A stretch of DNA of 61,621 nucleotides, the filler included, from Chiloscyllium plagiosum (taxonomy: Eukaryota): the NCBI RefSeq assembly GCF_004010195.1. It is 3 parts of one record of this genome, joined end to end, with 100 filler letters (N's around TTAATTAATTAA, not from the genome) between each part and the next. Parts side by side here need not be neighbours in the genome. Positions count along the whole stretch, not along the records: positions 1 to 14,874 come from NC_057715.1; positions 14,975 to 44,411 come from NC_057715.1; 1 more part is not named here. One strand, written 5' to 3'. The stretch's first letter is position 1; every line of letters begins with the position of its first letter. The position numbers were made by a program, and so were the translations under genes. The notes beneath the pieces are model-generated. The model worked only from the letters and a program-made list of their open reading frames with translations, was not told the origin of the DNA and ran no database searches. Shown here one piece after another: positions 11,491 to 24,537 of the stretch.

Positions 11491-11729
11491 TTGTCTGGAG
11501 GCAGGCGATTCAGCCCCTCGGGCTGGTGCTGGGGGCCGTGTTCTTTTTGAAAGTAATGACCTGGGCTCCAGTGAAATTGGGAGAATCGGTGCCGTTTCCC
11601 GGATCCAGAATGATGTCAATGGGCAGGAACCAGCTGCTGAGAGCGAAGACAGGGGAGAGGGAAGGGAGAGATTCCGAGGAAGAACAATGAAAAGAAACAA
11701 TAGAAACTGAAGAGTCCAGTCGAGGAACC

Positions 11730-13990
11730 TGAAGGTGTCAGCAGAAAACTCATTGTGAGGAGTATGTGGAAACGAGAGGCAGGAATAGAGGACAAATGTA
11801 TTCAGTTCTTTATAAAAGACTAGTTATTCGTCGCATTCCACGAGGATGGCACAGAAGTCGCTATTAGTCAATGACATTCTGTGAGGTGTGAGCAGTACAA
11901 GGAAGAAATTACAAAATGAGAGATTTAAGGAACAGATAGAAGTGGCCAATTCTGTCAACAAATTTGAGGTCATCCACTTTGGACCAGAAAAGGATAAAAC
12001 CGAATCAAATCTCACTGATGAAAATCCACAAACTGGGGAGGTTCAAAGATTCTTTAGGCTAGGGATGCAGATTTGGGGGTAAAAAGATATAGATCTTTAA
12101 ATGTCATGGACAGAGAAAGTAAAGAAAATGGCCAATGGAATGCTGGTCTTTACAACTAGGACTGGAATATGGGGGAGGAGGGGAGGAGGTGTCCTGTGGT
12201 GGTTTTCCAAAGCCCTGGTAGACTACACCTGCAATTACTGGGAACAGTTCTGGCCCCAAATATTCAGGAGGGAATATTGATTTTGCAGGGAGTGCAATGA
12301 AGATTCACCAGAATGATAGTGAGACACAAAAAGTTACATGACAAGGAGTGATTGTATAAACTAGGATTGTATTTCCTGGAATTCTGATTGATGGGTGAGT
12401 TGCTTGAAGTTGTCAGGATGTCAGTGAAAGAAGGTAGAGCAGATAGAGATAAACTGTTTCCAATGGTTGAGTTGAGTAAAAGGGATCAGTGTCATAACAT
12501 TAGATTCATAGCTTTCAGAACAGAAATTGGGAGGTGTTTCTACATAAACAGGATGGTAGATATTTCCTTCCACAAATGAGAATTCATTTTCAATCAATTG
12601 TTAATTTTAAATCTGAGATTGATAGCATTTTTTTGACCAGAGGTATTAAAGGTATGGAACAAAGGAAGATACTTAAGAACATTAAAAAATAGGAGCAGGA
12701 GTTGATCATTTGGCCCACCACACCAGCTCTTCCATTCAGTAAGGTCATGTCTGATCTTAAATTCTCATCCATGAATCACAAAAAAAACTAGCATTCAATT
12801 TCAGTGGGTAATTGGGAAGGCAAATGGAATGTTGGTCTTTATTTCAAGGGAATGGAGTATGAAAGCAGGGAGGTTTTGCTAAAACTATACAAGGCAGTAG
12901 TCAGCCCACAGCTGGAATACTGTGATACTGAATACTGGAGCAGACTCAGTGTGCTGAATGGCCTACTCCAGCTCCTACATCTTATGGTCTGATGGTAATT
13001 CTGTCAACTCGCTTCAGAGTCTTGAATGCTTCATATTTTTTCAAGTCCAGAGAATATAGACTCAACTAACTTTGCCTGTTGTCATACCCAATCTTCTCAA
13101 TCTAATGAATATTCACTGTGCTGCCTCTGAAGTGATTGTATCCCCCCAAAGGATGGAAGCTGGAAGTGTGTGGAATGCTCCAGCAAGCTTCCCAGCAAAG
13201 GCCAATGCAATTGTTGCAAAATATTCTTGTTCTTAAATCCCTTTGCAATTAAGGCCAACATGTCAATTGCCTTCTTGATCGCTTGCTGCACCTACATGCT
13301 AACTTTTCAGCTTTCTTGTTGGAGTACTCCAAAAGTCCTCTGAATGATATTTCAAAGTTTTCTTCCTTTTAAAAATATTGTTTCATCTTCTTAATATCAG
13401 AGTGAATACCTTCACACATACCCATGTTATACACATCTGGCACATTACTCACTGTACCGGCCTATATCTATCTACAGACCTTTTATATTATTCTTTTAAT
13501 TGACAATCTCACCAATGTTGTATCATTAGCAAAAATTGTTCTGTATCTAAAGTAAGCCATTACCAGAGACTGTATGTAGCTGATAAGGAGTTAGATAGTG
13601 GACCGACCCTGATCAAAAAATCATAGTCTTCAGCCCATTGAGCCTATAATCCCAAAATTTCCTGCATTTCACTTTAAAATTATGCTTCTTTGTTATTGAC
13701 CCTTCAACAAAATGGAGCAGCTGCTTTCTATTCATCTTGTCCAAGCTCTTCATCATCTTATCCACCTCTGTCAGGTCCCCTCAACCTTCTCTGCTTCAAA
13801 GGAAACAACCCGAGCTTATCCAGCCTCTCTCCATCGCTGAAATGCTCCATCACAGGCAACATCCTGGTAAATCTTCTCTGCACTCACATCTTTCCTATAG
13901 TGTGGTAACCAGAACCATGGCCTGACCAAAGTCCTATACAGCTCCACCATAACCTCCCTACTCTTATCTCTGTGTTGACTGAAAAAGGCA
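11730..13990. mobile_element. Cluster of old degraded CR1 fragments in both orientations
   Basis: KFEVIHFG (11888 ORF), LKLYKAVVSPQLEYC (12804 ORF) and reverse-strand ELYRTLVRP (13816 ORF). Confidence 0.75.
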
Positions 13991-14031
13991 TGTATCTTGC
14001 ATGCCTTCTTCATAACTGCGCTATTAATGAC

Positions 14032-14190
14032 CAGAAGAAAGTGAAGTTTGCAAATGCTGGAGATCACAGTCAAAAACTGTGGTGCTGGAAGATTCCTGAT
14101 GAAGGACTTTTGCCTGAAACGTCGGCTCCCCTGCTCCTTGGATGCTGCCTGACCTGCTGTGCTTTTTCAGTGCCACACTTTTTGACTCTG
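14032..14190 (+). mobile_element. Penelope-derived hairpin insert with hammerhead core
   Basis: Inverted arms agtcaaaaactgtggtgctggaa / ttcagtgccacactttttgact; CTGATGA at 14096-14102 and GAAACGTC at 14116-14123. Confidence 0.78.
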
Positions 14191-14211
14191 CCCTATTAAC
14201 CTGTCATGCTA

Positions 14212-14874
14212 CATAGAACATAGAACATAGAAGAATACAGCGCAGTACAGGCCCTTCGGCCCTCGATGTTGCGCCGATCCAAGCCCACTTAACCTACACT
14301 AGCCCACTATCCTCCATATGCCTATCCAATGCCCGCTTAAATGCCCATAATGAGGGAGAGTCCACCACTGCTACTGGCAGGGAATTCCATGAACTCACGA
14401 CTCGCTGAGTAAAACATCTGTCCTATACCTACCACCCCTTAATTTAAAGCTATGCCCACTTGTAATAGCTGACTCCATACGAGGAAAAAGATTCTCACTG
14501 TCGACCCTATCTAAACCCCGAATCATCTTATACACCTCTATCAAGTCACCCCTAAACCTTCTTTTCTCCAATAAAAACAGCCCCAAGTGCCTCAGCCTTT
14601 CCTCATACGATCTTCCTACCATACCAGGCAACATCCTGGTAAACCTCCTCTGCACCCGTTCCAGTGCCTCCACATCCTTCCAATAGTATGGCGACCAAAA
14701 CTGCACACAATACTCCAGAGTCTTATACAACTGCAACATGACCTCAGTACTCCAGAACTCAATTCCTCTACCAATAAAAGCCAGTACGCCATATGCCTTC
14801 TTCACCGCACTATTTACCTGGGTGGCAACTTTCAAAATCTGTGTACATGAACACCAAGATCCCTCTGCTCATCC
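14212..14874 (-). mobile_element. Young CR1 LINE 3' part with (CATAGAA)n tail
   Basis: ORF 14395-14835 KAYGVLAFIGRGIEF...LEYCVQFWSP...LERVQRRFTRMLPG. Confidence 0.9.
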
Positions 14875-14918
14875 NNNNNNNNNNNNNNNNNNNNNNNNNN
14901 NNNNNNNNNNNNNNNNNN

Positions 14919-14930
14919 TTAATTAATTAA
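14919..14930. other. Assembly linker TTAATTAATTAA inside a 100-bp gap (artefact)
   Basis: 44 N + 12 nt + 44 N; stop codons in all six frames; an identical construct occurs at 44456-44467. Confidence 0.9.
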
Positions 14931-14974
14931 NNNNNNNNNNNNNNNNNNNNNNNNNNNNNNNNNNNNNNNNNNNN

Positions 14975-17200
14975 CCCCTGGTAAGTCGTCCCCCCCCACA
15001 AGTATCCAAAACGGTATACTTGTTCTTGAGGGGAACGGCCGCAGGGGGTCCCTGCACTGGCTGCTTCCTCCCAGTCCCCCTCACTGTCACCCATCTATCT
15101 GCCATCTTTGGAGTTACTACTTCCCTAAAGCTCCGATCTATGACCCCCTCTACCTTCAATAATTTGTGTACAAAGACACCCCCAAGATCATGCTGTTCCT
15201 TTGAGCTTCCTAGTGTTTTGCCATTCATTGAATGACATACTAGTATTCATTCTTCCAAAGTGCATCACCTCATACATATCGGGGTGAAATTCCATTTACC
15301 ACGGATGTGCCCTTCTGACTAATCTGTTTGTATTCTTCTGTAACCTACGAGCTTCCTCCTTACTAAAAACTCCCAGTCAACCTTTGTATAATCCATAAGG
15401 GAGCCAGCGCTGATCCCTGTGGTACATCGCTGCTAACTGGGCTCCAGTCACAGACACAGCCTTCTACCACCAGCCTCAGATTCCTGTCACCAAACCAATT
15501 TTGGATCCATCTTGACAGGTTACCCTGGATGCCCTGTCAAAGGCCTTCCTGAAATCCATATAAACTACATTAACTGCCCTACCACTTCTACACACTTGGT
15601 AACCTTCACGAAAAATTCAGCCAGATTTATTAAGCATGACTTTCCTCTGACAAAGCCATGCTGACTATCCCTGATCAAACCTTGCTCCGAAATGGAGATT
15701 AATTCTGCCCGACAGAATTTTCTCAAGTAATTTCCCTACTACAGATGTGAAACTGACTGGTCTGTAATTCTTTGGTTTATCTCTACTACTACTCTTGTAA
15801 AGTGGAATCACATTCGCTGTCCTCCAGTTCTCTGGTACCTCCCCTGTGGCCAGAGGGCAATTAAAAAATTGGGTCAGAGCCTCTGCACTTTCCTCCCTCA
15901 ATTCCCACATCATCCTGGGATACAACTCATTCAGTCCTAGGACTTGTCCACTTTTAAGCCCAATCAAAACCTCCAATACCTTCTCATTCCCAATGTCTTT
16001 CTGCTCAAGAACTTCATTATCTATTTTCCTGAATTCCGTATCTATATCCTCCTCCTTTCATGTTAAGATAGATATGACATTCTTGTTTAACATCCTCCCA
16101 ATACCGAGCAGCTCAAAGCTCAGATTTTCCCCTTCATCCCTCATGGGTCCTGCTTTTTCTCTGGCTATCCTCTTCCCGAAATACATTTATCAAATATCCT
16201 GGGATTCTCCCTAATCTTGCCCAACAGTGTTCCTGAAGAAGGGCCTGTGCCCGAAACGTCGAATCTCCTGTTCCCTGGATGCTGCCTGAGCAATAAAGTT
16301 TCAACTTTGATCTCCAGCATCTGCAGACCTCACTTTCTCCTCGAAGTGTTTCTTCATACACTGTCTTTGTTCTCTGAAGTGCTTTCTTAAGATCCCCCTT
16401 ATACTGTTAATTTTCTGCCAGTGACACTGTTAATTTGCTTCCTTTGCACCTGTTGTATATCTTCCTTTTCCTTTTTATCCAGACCTGAATACTTCCCAAC
16501 TTGAATGGTTCTTTGATCTCGTCGCCCTGACACTTCACCCTAAAGTGAACAGGTTGGGCCTGTACTCCCACAAGTGCCTTTTTGAATGCCTCCTACTGTT
16601 ATTCTGCTGTAGATGTACCTTCAAGTAGCTGTTCCCAGTCTACTTTGGCCAAAAATTGCCTTATTTTAATAAAATTTGCCTTACCCAAATCCAAAACCCT
16701 TTTTTCCAGACCATCTTTCTCCTTTTTCAGACAGTATTGTGGTTGCTATCACTAAAATGCTACCCCCAATGTCACCTCAAACACCTATCAGTTTCGTTAT
16801 TCAGAATTCAGTCTAGCACTGCACCATCTCTTGTAGGACAATCTACACATTGATATAAAAAGGTCTCCTGAGTATATTTCACAAAATCTACCCTCTCTTA
16901 ACCCCTTATACTATGACTTTTCCAATTAATGTTGGGGAAGTTGAAATGTAATTACCTGATTATTTTTACGTGCCTCAGTGGAGTGAGTGCACATCTACTT
17001 CTTAGTTGCCTGCTGACTGTTTAGGGGCCTTTAGTACATTCTCAATAATGTGACTTCCCCCTTTTTATTCCTAAGTTCTATCCACACAGCCTCTATTAAA
17101 AACCTTTCCAAGATATTGTCCCTCCTTAATTAATAATGTGACACCACCTCCTCTTTTACACCCTCTCCTGTCCTGCCTGAAAAGCCCATGACACTGGAAT
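14975..17200 (-). mobile_element. CR1 fragments: ORF1 piece (14975-15150) then a long degraded endonuclease/RT segment
   Basis: PLKNKYTVLDT; ORF 15665-15976 VPENWRTANVIPLYK...NYRPVSFTSVVGKLLE. Confidence 0.85.
16231..16342 (+). mobile_element. Penelope pLTR fragment with an intact hammerhead core, inserted in CR1
   Basis: gttc-CTGAAGA(16233-16239)-A-GGGC-CTGT-GCCC-GAAACGTC(16253-16260)-gaat; helix I gttc/gaat can pair. Confidence 0.8.
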
Positions 17201-17212
17201 TTTTTTTTGTGG

Positions 17213-17665
17213 CTAGGATACATGAACACCAACTAGCCACAAAAAGACATGACCCTCTCTCACATACTCACATACGGATGAGGAAGGACACCACTTCGAC
17301 TGGGACAACACATCCATCCTAGGACAAGCCAAACAAAGACACACATGAGAATTCCTAGAAGCATGGCATTCCAACCGGAACTCTATCGACAAACACATCA
17401 GGTTAGACCCCATCTACCACCCCCTGAGAAAAGGAGCAGGAAGTGACTTCACCACAGGAAATAACATCACTACAGGAAATGACATCACCAGCCCAAAGAA
17501 ACCCAAACATATAAATAGAAAGCAGGACTTATCAGCATTGCTTTGCCTGAGGCCCACTGAAGATGTTATCTAGCATGGTGACAAAACATCTGGAAATGAA
17601 CCTTCCAGCTTTGCAAGCAAACCTACATCCAAAACCTCAATCTGAGCTGCAAATCTTCTCAAAAT
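17213..17665 (+). mobile_element. Penelope-like element of a second (Poseidon-type) family: GIY-YIG C-terminus and pLTR
   Basis: + strand reads RIHEHQLATKRHD...HHFDWDNTSILGQAK...EFLEAWHSNRNSIDKH; CpG-decayed hammerhead cca-CTGAAGA...gacaaaacatc-tgg at 17554-17593. Confidence 0.8.
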
Positions 17666-17667
17666 TC

Positions 17668-19370
17668 GGCATTCCATTTTCATCCATATGTTTATCCAAT
17701 GACCATTTAAATGCCCTTAAAGTTGGTGAGTCTACTACTGTTGCAGGCAGAGCGGTGCCCGCCCCTACTCCTCTCTGAGTAAAGAAACTACATCTGACAT
17801 CTGTCCTATATCTATCACCCCTCAATTTAAAGCTATGTCTCCTCGTACTAGCCATCACCATCCGAGGAGACATAGCTCTCACTGTCCACCCTATCTAACC
17901 CTCTAATTATAGAGTCATAGAGATGTACAGCATGGAAACAGACCCTTCAGTCCAACCCGTCCATGCCGATAAAGATATCCCAACCCAATCTAGTCCCACC
18001 TGCCAGCACCTCCAAACCCTTCCTATTCATATACCCATCCAAATGCCTCTTAAATGTTGCAATTGTACCAGCCTCCACCACTTCCCCTGGCAGCTCATTC
18101 CATACACGTACCACCCTCTGTGTGAAACAATCGCCCCTTAGGTCTCTTTTATATCTTTCTCCTCGCACCCTAAATCTATGCCCTCTAGTTCTGGACTCTC
18201 CAACCCCAGGGAAAAGACTTTGTTTATGTACCCTATCCATGCCCCTCATGATTTTGTAAACCTCTATAAGGTCACCCCTCAGCCTCCGACGCTCCAGGGA
18301 AAACAGCCCCAAGTCACCTCTCAACATTCTTCTCTCAAATGAAAACCGTCTCAAGTCCCTCAGCCTTTCCTCATAAGATCTTCCCTCCATACCAGGCAAC
18401 ATCTTAGTAAGTCTACTCTGAACCCTTTCCAAAGCTTCCACATATTTCCTGCAATGCGATGACTAGAACTGTATGCAATACTCCAAGTGCGGCTGCACCA
18501 GACTTTTGTACAGCTGCAACATGAACTTATGGCTCCGAAACGTAATCCCTCTACCAACAAAAGCTAACGTACCGTGTGCCTTCTTAACAACCCTATGAAC
18601 CTGGGTGGCAACTTTCAGGGATCTGTGTACATGGACACCGAAATGTCTCTGCTCATCTACACTACCAAGGATCTTACCATTAGCTCAGTACTCTGTATTC
18701 CTGTTGCTCCTTCCAAACTGAATCACCTCACACTTTTCCCACACTTAAACTCCATTTGCCACCTCTCAGCCCAGCTCTGCAGCTTATCTATGTCCCTCTG
18801 TGTAACTTGCCACATTCTTCGTCACTGTCCACAACTCCACCAACCTTTGTGTCATATGCAAATTTACTAACCCATCCTTCTGTGCCCTCATCTAGGTCAT
18901 TTATAAAAATAACAAACAGCAGTGGCCCAAAACAGATCCTTGCAGTACACCAATAGTAACTGAACTCTAGGATGAACATTTCCCATCAACCACCACCCTC
19001 TGTCGTCTTTCAGCAAGCCAGTTTCTCATCTAAACCGCTAAATCACCCTCAATCCCATTCCTCCATATTTTGTGCAATAGCCTACCGTTGGGAACCTTAT
19101 CAAACACCTTACTGAAATCCATATACACCACATCAACTGCTTTACCCTCATCCACCTGTTTGGTCACCTTTTCAAAGAACTCAATAAGTGAGGCACGACC
19201 TACCCTTCACAAAACTGTGTTGACTGTCCTTAATCAACTTATACCTTTCTAGATGATTATAAATCCTTTCTTTTATAACATTTTCCAACACTTTACCCAC
19301 AGTAAGGCTCACTGGCCTATGATTACCAGGACTGTCTCTACTCCCCTTCTTGATCAAAGAACTTTGTTTG
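17668..19370 (-). mobile_element. CR1 RT segment with a second CR1 3' end nested at ~17909-18310
   Basis: ORFs 17947-18441 and 18788-18979 (GPLLFVIFINDLD...SKFAYDTK); duplicated RRRLRGDL segment marks the nested copy. Confidence 0.88.
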
Positions 19371-19400
19371 TTCTAGTTCTGAGAGCTTTCCCACTCTTTA

Positions 19401-19706
19401 GGGGCAGCACAGTGGCTAGCACTGCTGCCTCACAGCGTCAGGGACCCAGGTTCGATTCCTGCCTCGGGCAACTGTCTGTGCAGAGTTTGCACATTCTGCC
19501 CGTGTCTGCGTGGGTTTCCTCTGGGTGCTCCGGTTTCCTCACACAATCCAAAGATGTGCACGTCAGGTGAATTGGCCATGCTAAATTGCCCGTAGTGTTA
19601 GGCGCAATAGTCAGGAGTAAATATAGGGTGTGGGTGGGTTACTCCTTGGAGGGTTGGTGTGGACTTGTTGGGTCGAAGGGCCTGTTTTCATACTGTATGG
19701 AATCTA
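19401..19706 (+). mobile_element. HE1-type V-SINE
   Basis: GGGGCAGCACAGTGG..., B box GGTTCGATTCC, V-domain GGGTTTCCTCTGGGTGCTCCGGTTTCCTC. Confidence 0.9.
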
Positions 19707-20384
19707 AATTTCCACCCTAGCTCCCTGAATTTCTGCCCTAAATCCCTATCCCTTTTCCTGCCTATGTGGACCACGACTTGGGGCTGTTCCCCAACTTGCC
19801 CATGACATTGGGAATAATTAGAGATTACAGCCTTTGAGATCTTGCTCTTTAATCTACTGCCTAGCTCCTTGAACTCCTCATGTAGGACCTCATCCCTTTT
19901 TTGATCTGCATTGCTGGTATCAATGTGGACCATAACCTTCATATTATCACCCTCTCCTTTCAGGATGTCCTACATCCACTCAGTGACATCCTTAACCATA
20001 GTACCACTCTGCAGCCATATCTGCAGCCGCAGATCTTCCCAAAGGGTGGCTCCCCCATGTCTAACTGAACAAATTAGGGATAATATTAGATCTAAAGCGG
20101 AGACATAGAATAATCCAAAAAAGCAGCAAGTCTGAGAATCAAAAGCACTTTAGAATTCAACAAAAGAGAGAGTCGTGGCTGTAAAGAGATTGGGATTAGG
20201 AGCTGAATATTCAAGGATATACATCCTATCGAAAAGATAAGTAGGTGGGCAGAGGGAGTGGGATTGCCTTATTAGTAAGAAATTAAATTAAATCAATAGC
20301 AAGAAATGAAGTAGGGTAAGATGGGGTAGAATCTGTGTGGGTAGAATTGAGGAACCCCAAAAACCGTAAATAGAAACCATAGTT
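19707..20384. mobile_element. CR1 ORF1 (esterase-like VVHIG, - strand) and endonuclease fragments (+ strand)
   Basis: ORF 19688-19942 VMVHIDTSN / VVVHIG; 20190-20360 WELNIQGY...GSGIALLV. Confidence 0.65.
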
Positions 20385-20883
20385 NNNNNNNNNNNNNNNN
20401 NNNNNNNNNNNNNNNNNNNNNNNNNNNNNNNNNNNNNNNNNNNNNNNNNNNNNNNNNNNNNNNNNNNNNNNNNNNNNNNNNNNNNNNNNNNNNNNNNNNN
20501 NNNNNNNNNNNNNNNNNNNNNNNNNNNNNNNNNNNNNNNNNNNNNNNNNNNNNNNNNNNNNNNNNNNNNNNNNNNNNNNNNNNNNNNNNNNNNNNNNNNN
20601 NNNNNNNNNNNNNNNNNNNNNNNNNNNNNNNNNNNNNNNNNNNNNNNNNNNNNNNNNNNNNNNNNNNNNNNNNNNNNNNNNNNNNNNNNNNNNNNNNNNN
20701 NNNNNNNNNNNNNNNNNNNNNNNNNNNNNNNNNNNNNNNNNNNNNNNNNNNNNNNNNNNNNNNNNNNNNNNNNNNNNNNNNNNNNNNNNNNNNNNNNNNN
20801 NNNNNNNNNNNNNNNNNNNNNNNNNNNNNNNNNNNNNNNNNNNNNNNNNNNNNNNNNNNNNNNNNNNNNNNNNNNNNNNNNNN

Positions 20884-23051
20884 NTATGTCTTATGGTCTA
20901 AAAGAGGACAAAACATTTGGTTGAGGGGAATATAGAATGAGAGTAACATTGCAAGAATATTAAAACAGACTAAAAAGCCTTCCATAAATGTGTGAAGAGA
21001 AAGATTAGTAAAGACTAATACTGGTCTCCAGCAGTGAGAAGCTGGGGAAATTATACTGGGAAAGAAAGAAATGGTAGAAAAAATTAACACAAACTTTATT
21101 TCTGTCTTCATAAATAACCTCCCAAAAATATTAGGGAACCAAGGGTCTCGTGAGAGGCCATATCAGTAAGAAATGGTGCTGGGGAAATAAATAGGAAATA
21201 GACAAATCTTCAGCGTCTGATGATCTAAGTCTCCGAATACTAAAGGAAGTGGCACTGGAAATATTGGACGCATTGCTAGTCATCTTCAAAACTTTGATAG
21301 ACTCAGAAGCAATTCCTACAGCTTGGAGTGTGGCAAATATAATCCCTTTATTTGAGAAGACAAGGAGAAAAAAAAGCAGAGTAACAGGCCAGTAGCTAAC
21401 ATCAGTGAGTCTTATATCTATTGTAAAATACATGATAACAGAAGAATACATCAACAGACTGGACAAAGTCAACATGGGTTATGAAAGATAAATCATACTT
21501 AACTGATGTAAGGGAGCTTTTGAGGGTGCAATCAAGATGAACCAAATGTTAAATTTCTAAATTTGCTGACAACACAAAATGAGGTGGGGTTGTGAGAAGA
21601 ATGCAAGGAGGCTTCGAGGTGATTGTTGAATGAGTGGGCAAACACAAGGCAGTACAATGTAGCTAAATGTGAAGTTACGCACTTTGGTGTGAGAAACAGG
21701 AAGGCAGAATATGATTAAAATGGTGTATATTGGTAAATGTGAATGTACAAAAGGATCTGGGTGTCCTTGTACACCAGTCAGTGAAAGGAGATAGGATGTG
21801 CAGCAAGCAATTAGGAAGATAAATGGTAGACTGGCCTTTATTTCAAGAGAATTAGAGTTCAGAACTAGGAATGGCTTACTGCAATTATACAGGACTCCAC
21901 ATGACACCACGTCTGGAAATGGCGATCTGTTGGTAGTTGGAGTTTAATTTAGATAATTTAGATAAATATGAGGTGCTGCGTTTTGGAAAAGCAAATCAGG
22001 GCAGGGCTTTTACACTTAATGGTAAGGTCCTGGGGAGTGTTGCTAAACCTTGGAGTGCAGATTCATGGTTCCTTGAAAATGGAGTCTCAGGTAGTTGGAT
22101 AGTGAAGAAGGTGTTTAGCATGCTTTCCTTTGTTGTTCAGTGCATTGAGTATAGGAGTTGGGAGGTCATACTGTGGCTATACATTGGTTAGGCCACTTTT
22201 GGAATATTGCGTGCAATTCTGGTCTCCGTCCTGTCGGAAGAATGTTGTGAAACTGAAAAGGGTTCACAAAAGATTTACAGAGATGTTGCCAAGAGTGGAG
22301 GATTTGAGCTATAGGGAGGGGCTGAATAGGCCGGGGCTGTTTTTCTTGGAGCATCAGAGGCTGAAGGGTAACCTTATAGAAGTTCATAAAATCATGATGG
22401 GCATGGATTGGGTAAATTAGACAAGAGGAGTCCAAAACATGGACAGGAGAGCCTAGGTTTAAGGTGAGAGGGAAAAGTTTTAAAAGGGACCTAAGGGGCA
22501 ATATTTTCATGCAGAGGGTGGTGCATGTGTGGAATGAGCTGCCAGAGGAAGTGGTGGAAGCTTGTACAATTACAACATTTAAACGACATCTCAATGGATA
22601 CATGAATGGAAGGGTTTAGAGGGATATGGGCCAAGCGCTGGTAAATGGAACTAGATTTATCTAGGATATCTGGCCTGCATGGACGGGTTGGACTGAAAGG
22701 TCTGTCTCCATGCTGTACATCTCCATGACTGTATGAAGCTAAGGCTGGACAGACTAGATACAAGGAGAATGTTTCAACTAGTTGAGGAGTCTAGAACCAG
22801 GGGACAGAGTCTCAGGATATAGTGTAGGCCATTTAGGACTGAGATCAGGAGAAATTTCTTCATCTAGAGATTAGTGAATCTGTAGAATTCTCTGCCACAG
22901 AAAGTGGTGAAGCCATGACATTAAATGTTTTCAAGAATGAGGTAAATATAGTTCATAGGGCTAAAGGGATCAAAGGAGATGGGACTCAATATGATCCAAC
23001 ACTAGCTCGAAGAGCATACTCCTGCTCCTATTTTCTATATTTCTATGTTCT
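20884..23051 (+). mobile_element. Degraded CR1 with a younger CR1 3' end nested at ~21935-22735
   Basis: ORFs 21937-22191 and 22130-22420 (LVRPLLEYCVQFWSP); two 3' tails, at ~22730 and ~23050. Confidence 0.85.
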
Positions 23052-24103
23052 ACACACACACTGACTCTCACTGGGATACACTCCCACACACACTGACTCT
23101 CACTGGGATACAGCCCCACACACACACTGACTCTCACTGGGATACAGGTCCCATACACACTGACTCTCGCTGGGGTACAGTCGCACACACACTGACTCTC
23201 GCTGGGGTACACTCCCACACACACTGACTCTCACTGGGATACAGCCCCACACACACTGACTCTCACTGGGATACACTCCCACACACACTGACTCTCACTG
23301 GGAAACACTCCCACACACACTGACTCTCACTGGGATACACTCCCACACACACTGACTGTCACTGGGATACAGCCCCACACACACTGACTCTCACTGGGAT
23401 ACAGCCCCACACACACTGACTCTCACTGGGATACACTCCCACACACACTGACTCTCTCTGGGATACATCCCCACACACACTGACTCTCACTGGGATACAG
23501 GTCCCATACACACTGATTCTCGCTGGGGTATGGTCGCACACACACTGACTCTTGCTGGGGTACAGTCCCACACACACTGACTCTCACTGGGGTACAGTCC
23601 CACACGCACTGACTCTCAGTGGGGTACAGTCACACACACACACTGACTCTCACTGGGATACACTCCCACACACACTGACTCTCGCTGGGGTATAGTCCCA
23701 CACACACTGACTCTCACTGGGATACAGGTCCCACACACACACACTGACTCTCACTGGGATACAGGTCCCACACACACTGACTCTCACTGGGATACAGGTC
23801 CCACACACACTGACTCTCACTGGGGTATAGTCCCACACACACTGACTCTCACTGGGATACACTCCCACACGCACTGACTCTCAGTGGGGTACAGTCACAC
23901 ACACACACTGACTCTCACTGGGATACAGGTCCCACACACACTGACTCTCGCTGGGCTACAGTCCCACACACATTGACTCTCACTGGGGTAAGGGTCCCAC
24001 ACACAGTAACTCTCACTGGGGTACAGTTCCGTACATACTGATTTTCACCAGGGTACAGTCCCACACACACTGACTCTCACTGGGATACACTCCCACACAC
24101 ACT
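23052..24103 (+). repeat. ~32-35 bp CA-rich minisatellite (CACACACACTGACTCTCACTGGGATACACTCC), ~32 units; resumes at 24349-24406
   Basis: Directly visible tandem units. Confidence 0.95.
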
Positions 24104-24338
24104 GGTGAGGACTGCAGATGCTGGAGATTAGAGTCGAGAGTGTGGTGCTGGAAAAGCAGAGCAGGTCAGGCAGCACCTGAGGACCAGAAGAATCGGCGTT
24201 TTGGGCAAAAGCCCTTCATCTGGAATGAGGCCTATTCATGCCTCATTCCAGATGAAGGACCTTTGCCTGAAATGTTGATTCTCCTACTCCTTGGATACTG
24301 CCTGACCTGCTCTGCTTTTCCAGCACCACACTCTTGAC
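24104..24338. mobile_element. Penelope-derived palindromic insert within the minisatellite
   Basis: ~100-bp inverted arms centred on gaatgaggc-ctattcat-gcctcattc; degenerate hammerhead cores on both strands. Confidence 0.82.
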
Positions 24339-24437
24339 ACTGCAGTGACACACACACTGATTTTCACTGGGGTACAGGTCCCACAGACACTGACTGTCAC
24401 TGGGGTATTACTGTATTTACTCCTCACTGTAATCCTG

Positions 24438-24471
24438 TGACTAATGGTGGAATAATTATTTTATCGTGCAG
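24438..24471 (+). promoter_or_regulatory. Branch point and 3' splice acceptor of the dachsous first coding exon
   Basis: TGACTAAT at 24438-24445, T-rich tract, then tgcAG at 24470-24471; the exon would start at 24472. Confidence 0.7.
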
Positions 24472-24484
24472 AAAGATTGATTCC

Positions 24485-24523
24485 ATGAAGTCTGGAGATT
24501 GCCAACATCATCATTTTGATTAG
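24485..24523 (+). promoter_or_regulatory. Upstream ORF (MKSGDCQHHHFD*) in the predicted 5' UTR
   Basis: ATG 24485 to TAG 24523, ending 14 nt before the main ATG at 24538. Confidence 0.55.
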
Positions 24524-24537
24524 TACCATTTGAGATT

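Noticed and set aside
11011..11710. ORFs of 60-229 aa in the GA-rich region
   Set aside because: Low-complexity translations with no domain signal
14875..14974. TTAATTAATTAA island as a biological motif (e.g. piggyBac TTAA or homeobox site); also 44412-44511
   Set aside because: Sits centred in exactly 100-bp N blocks twice; a scaffolding linker
22970..23874. Cys/Val-rich repeat proteins
   Set aside because: Translations of the CA-rich minisatellite
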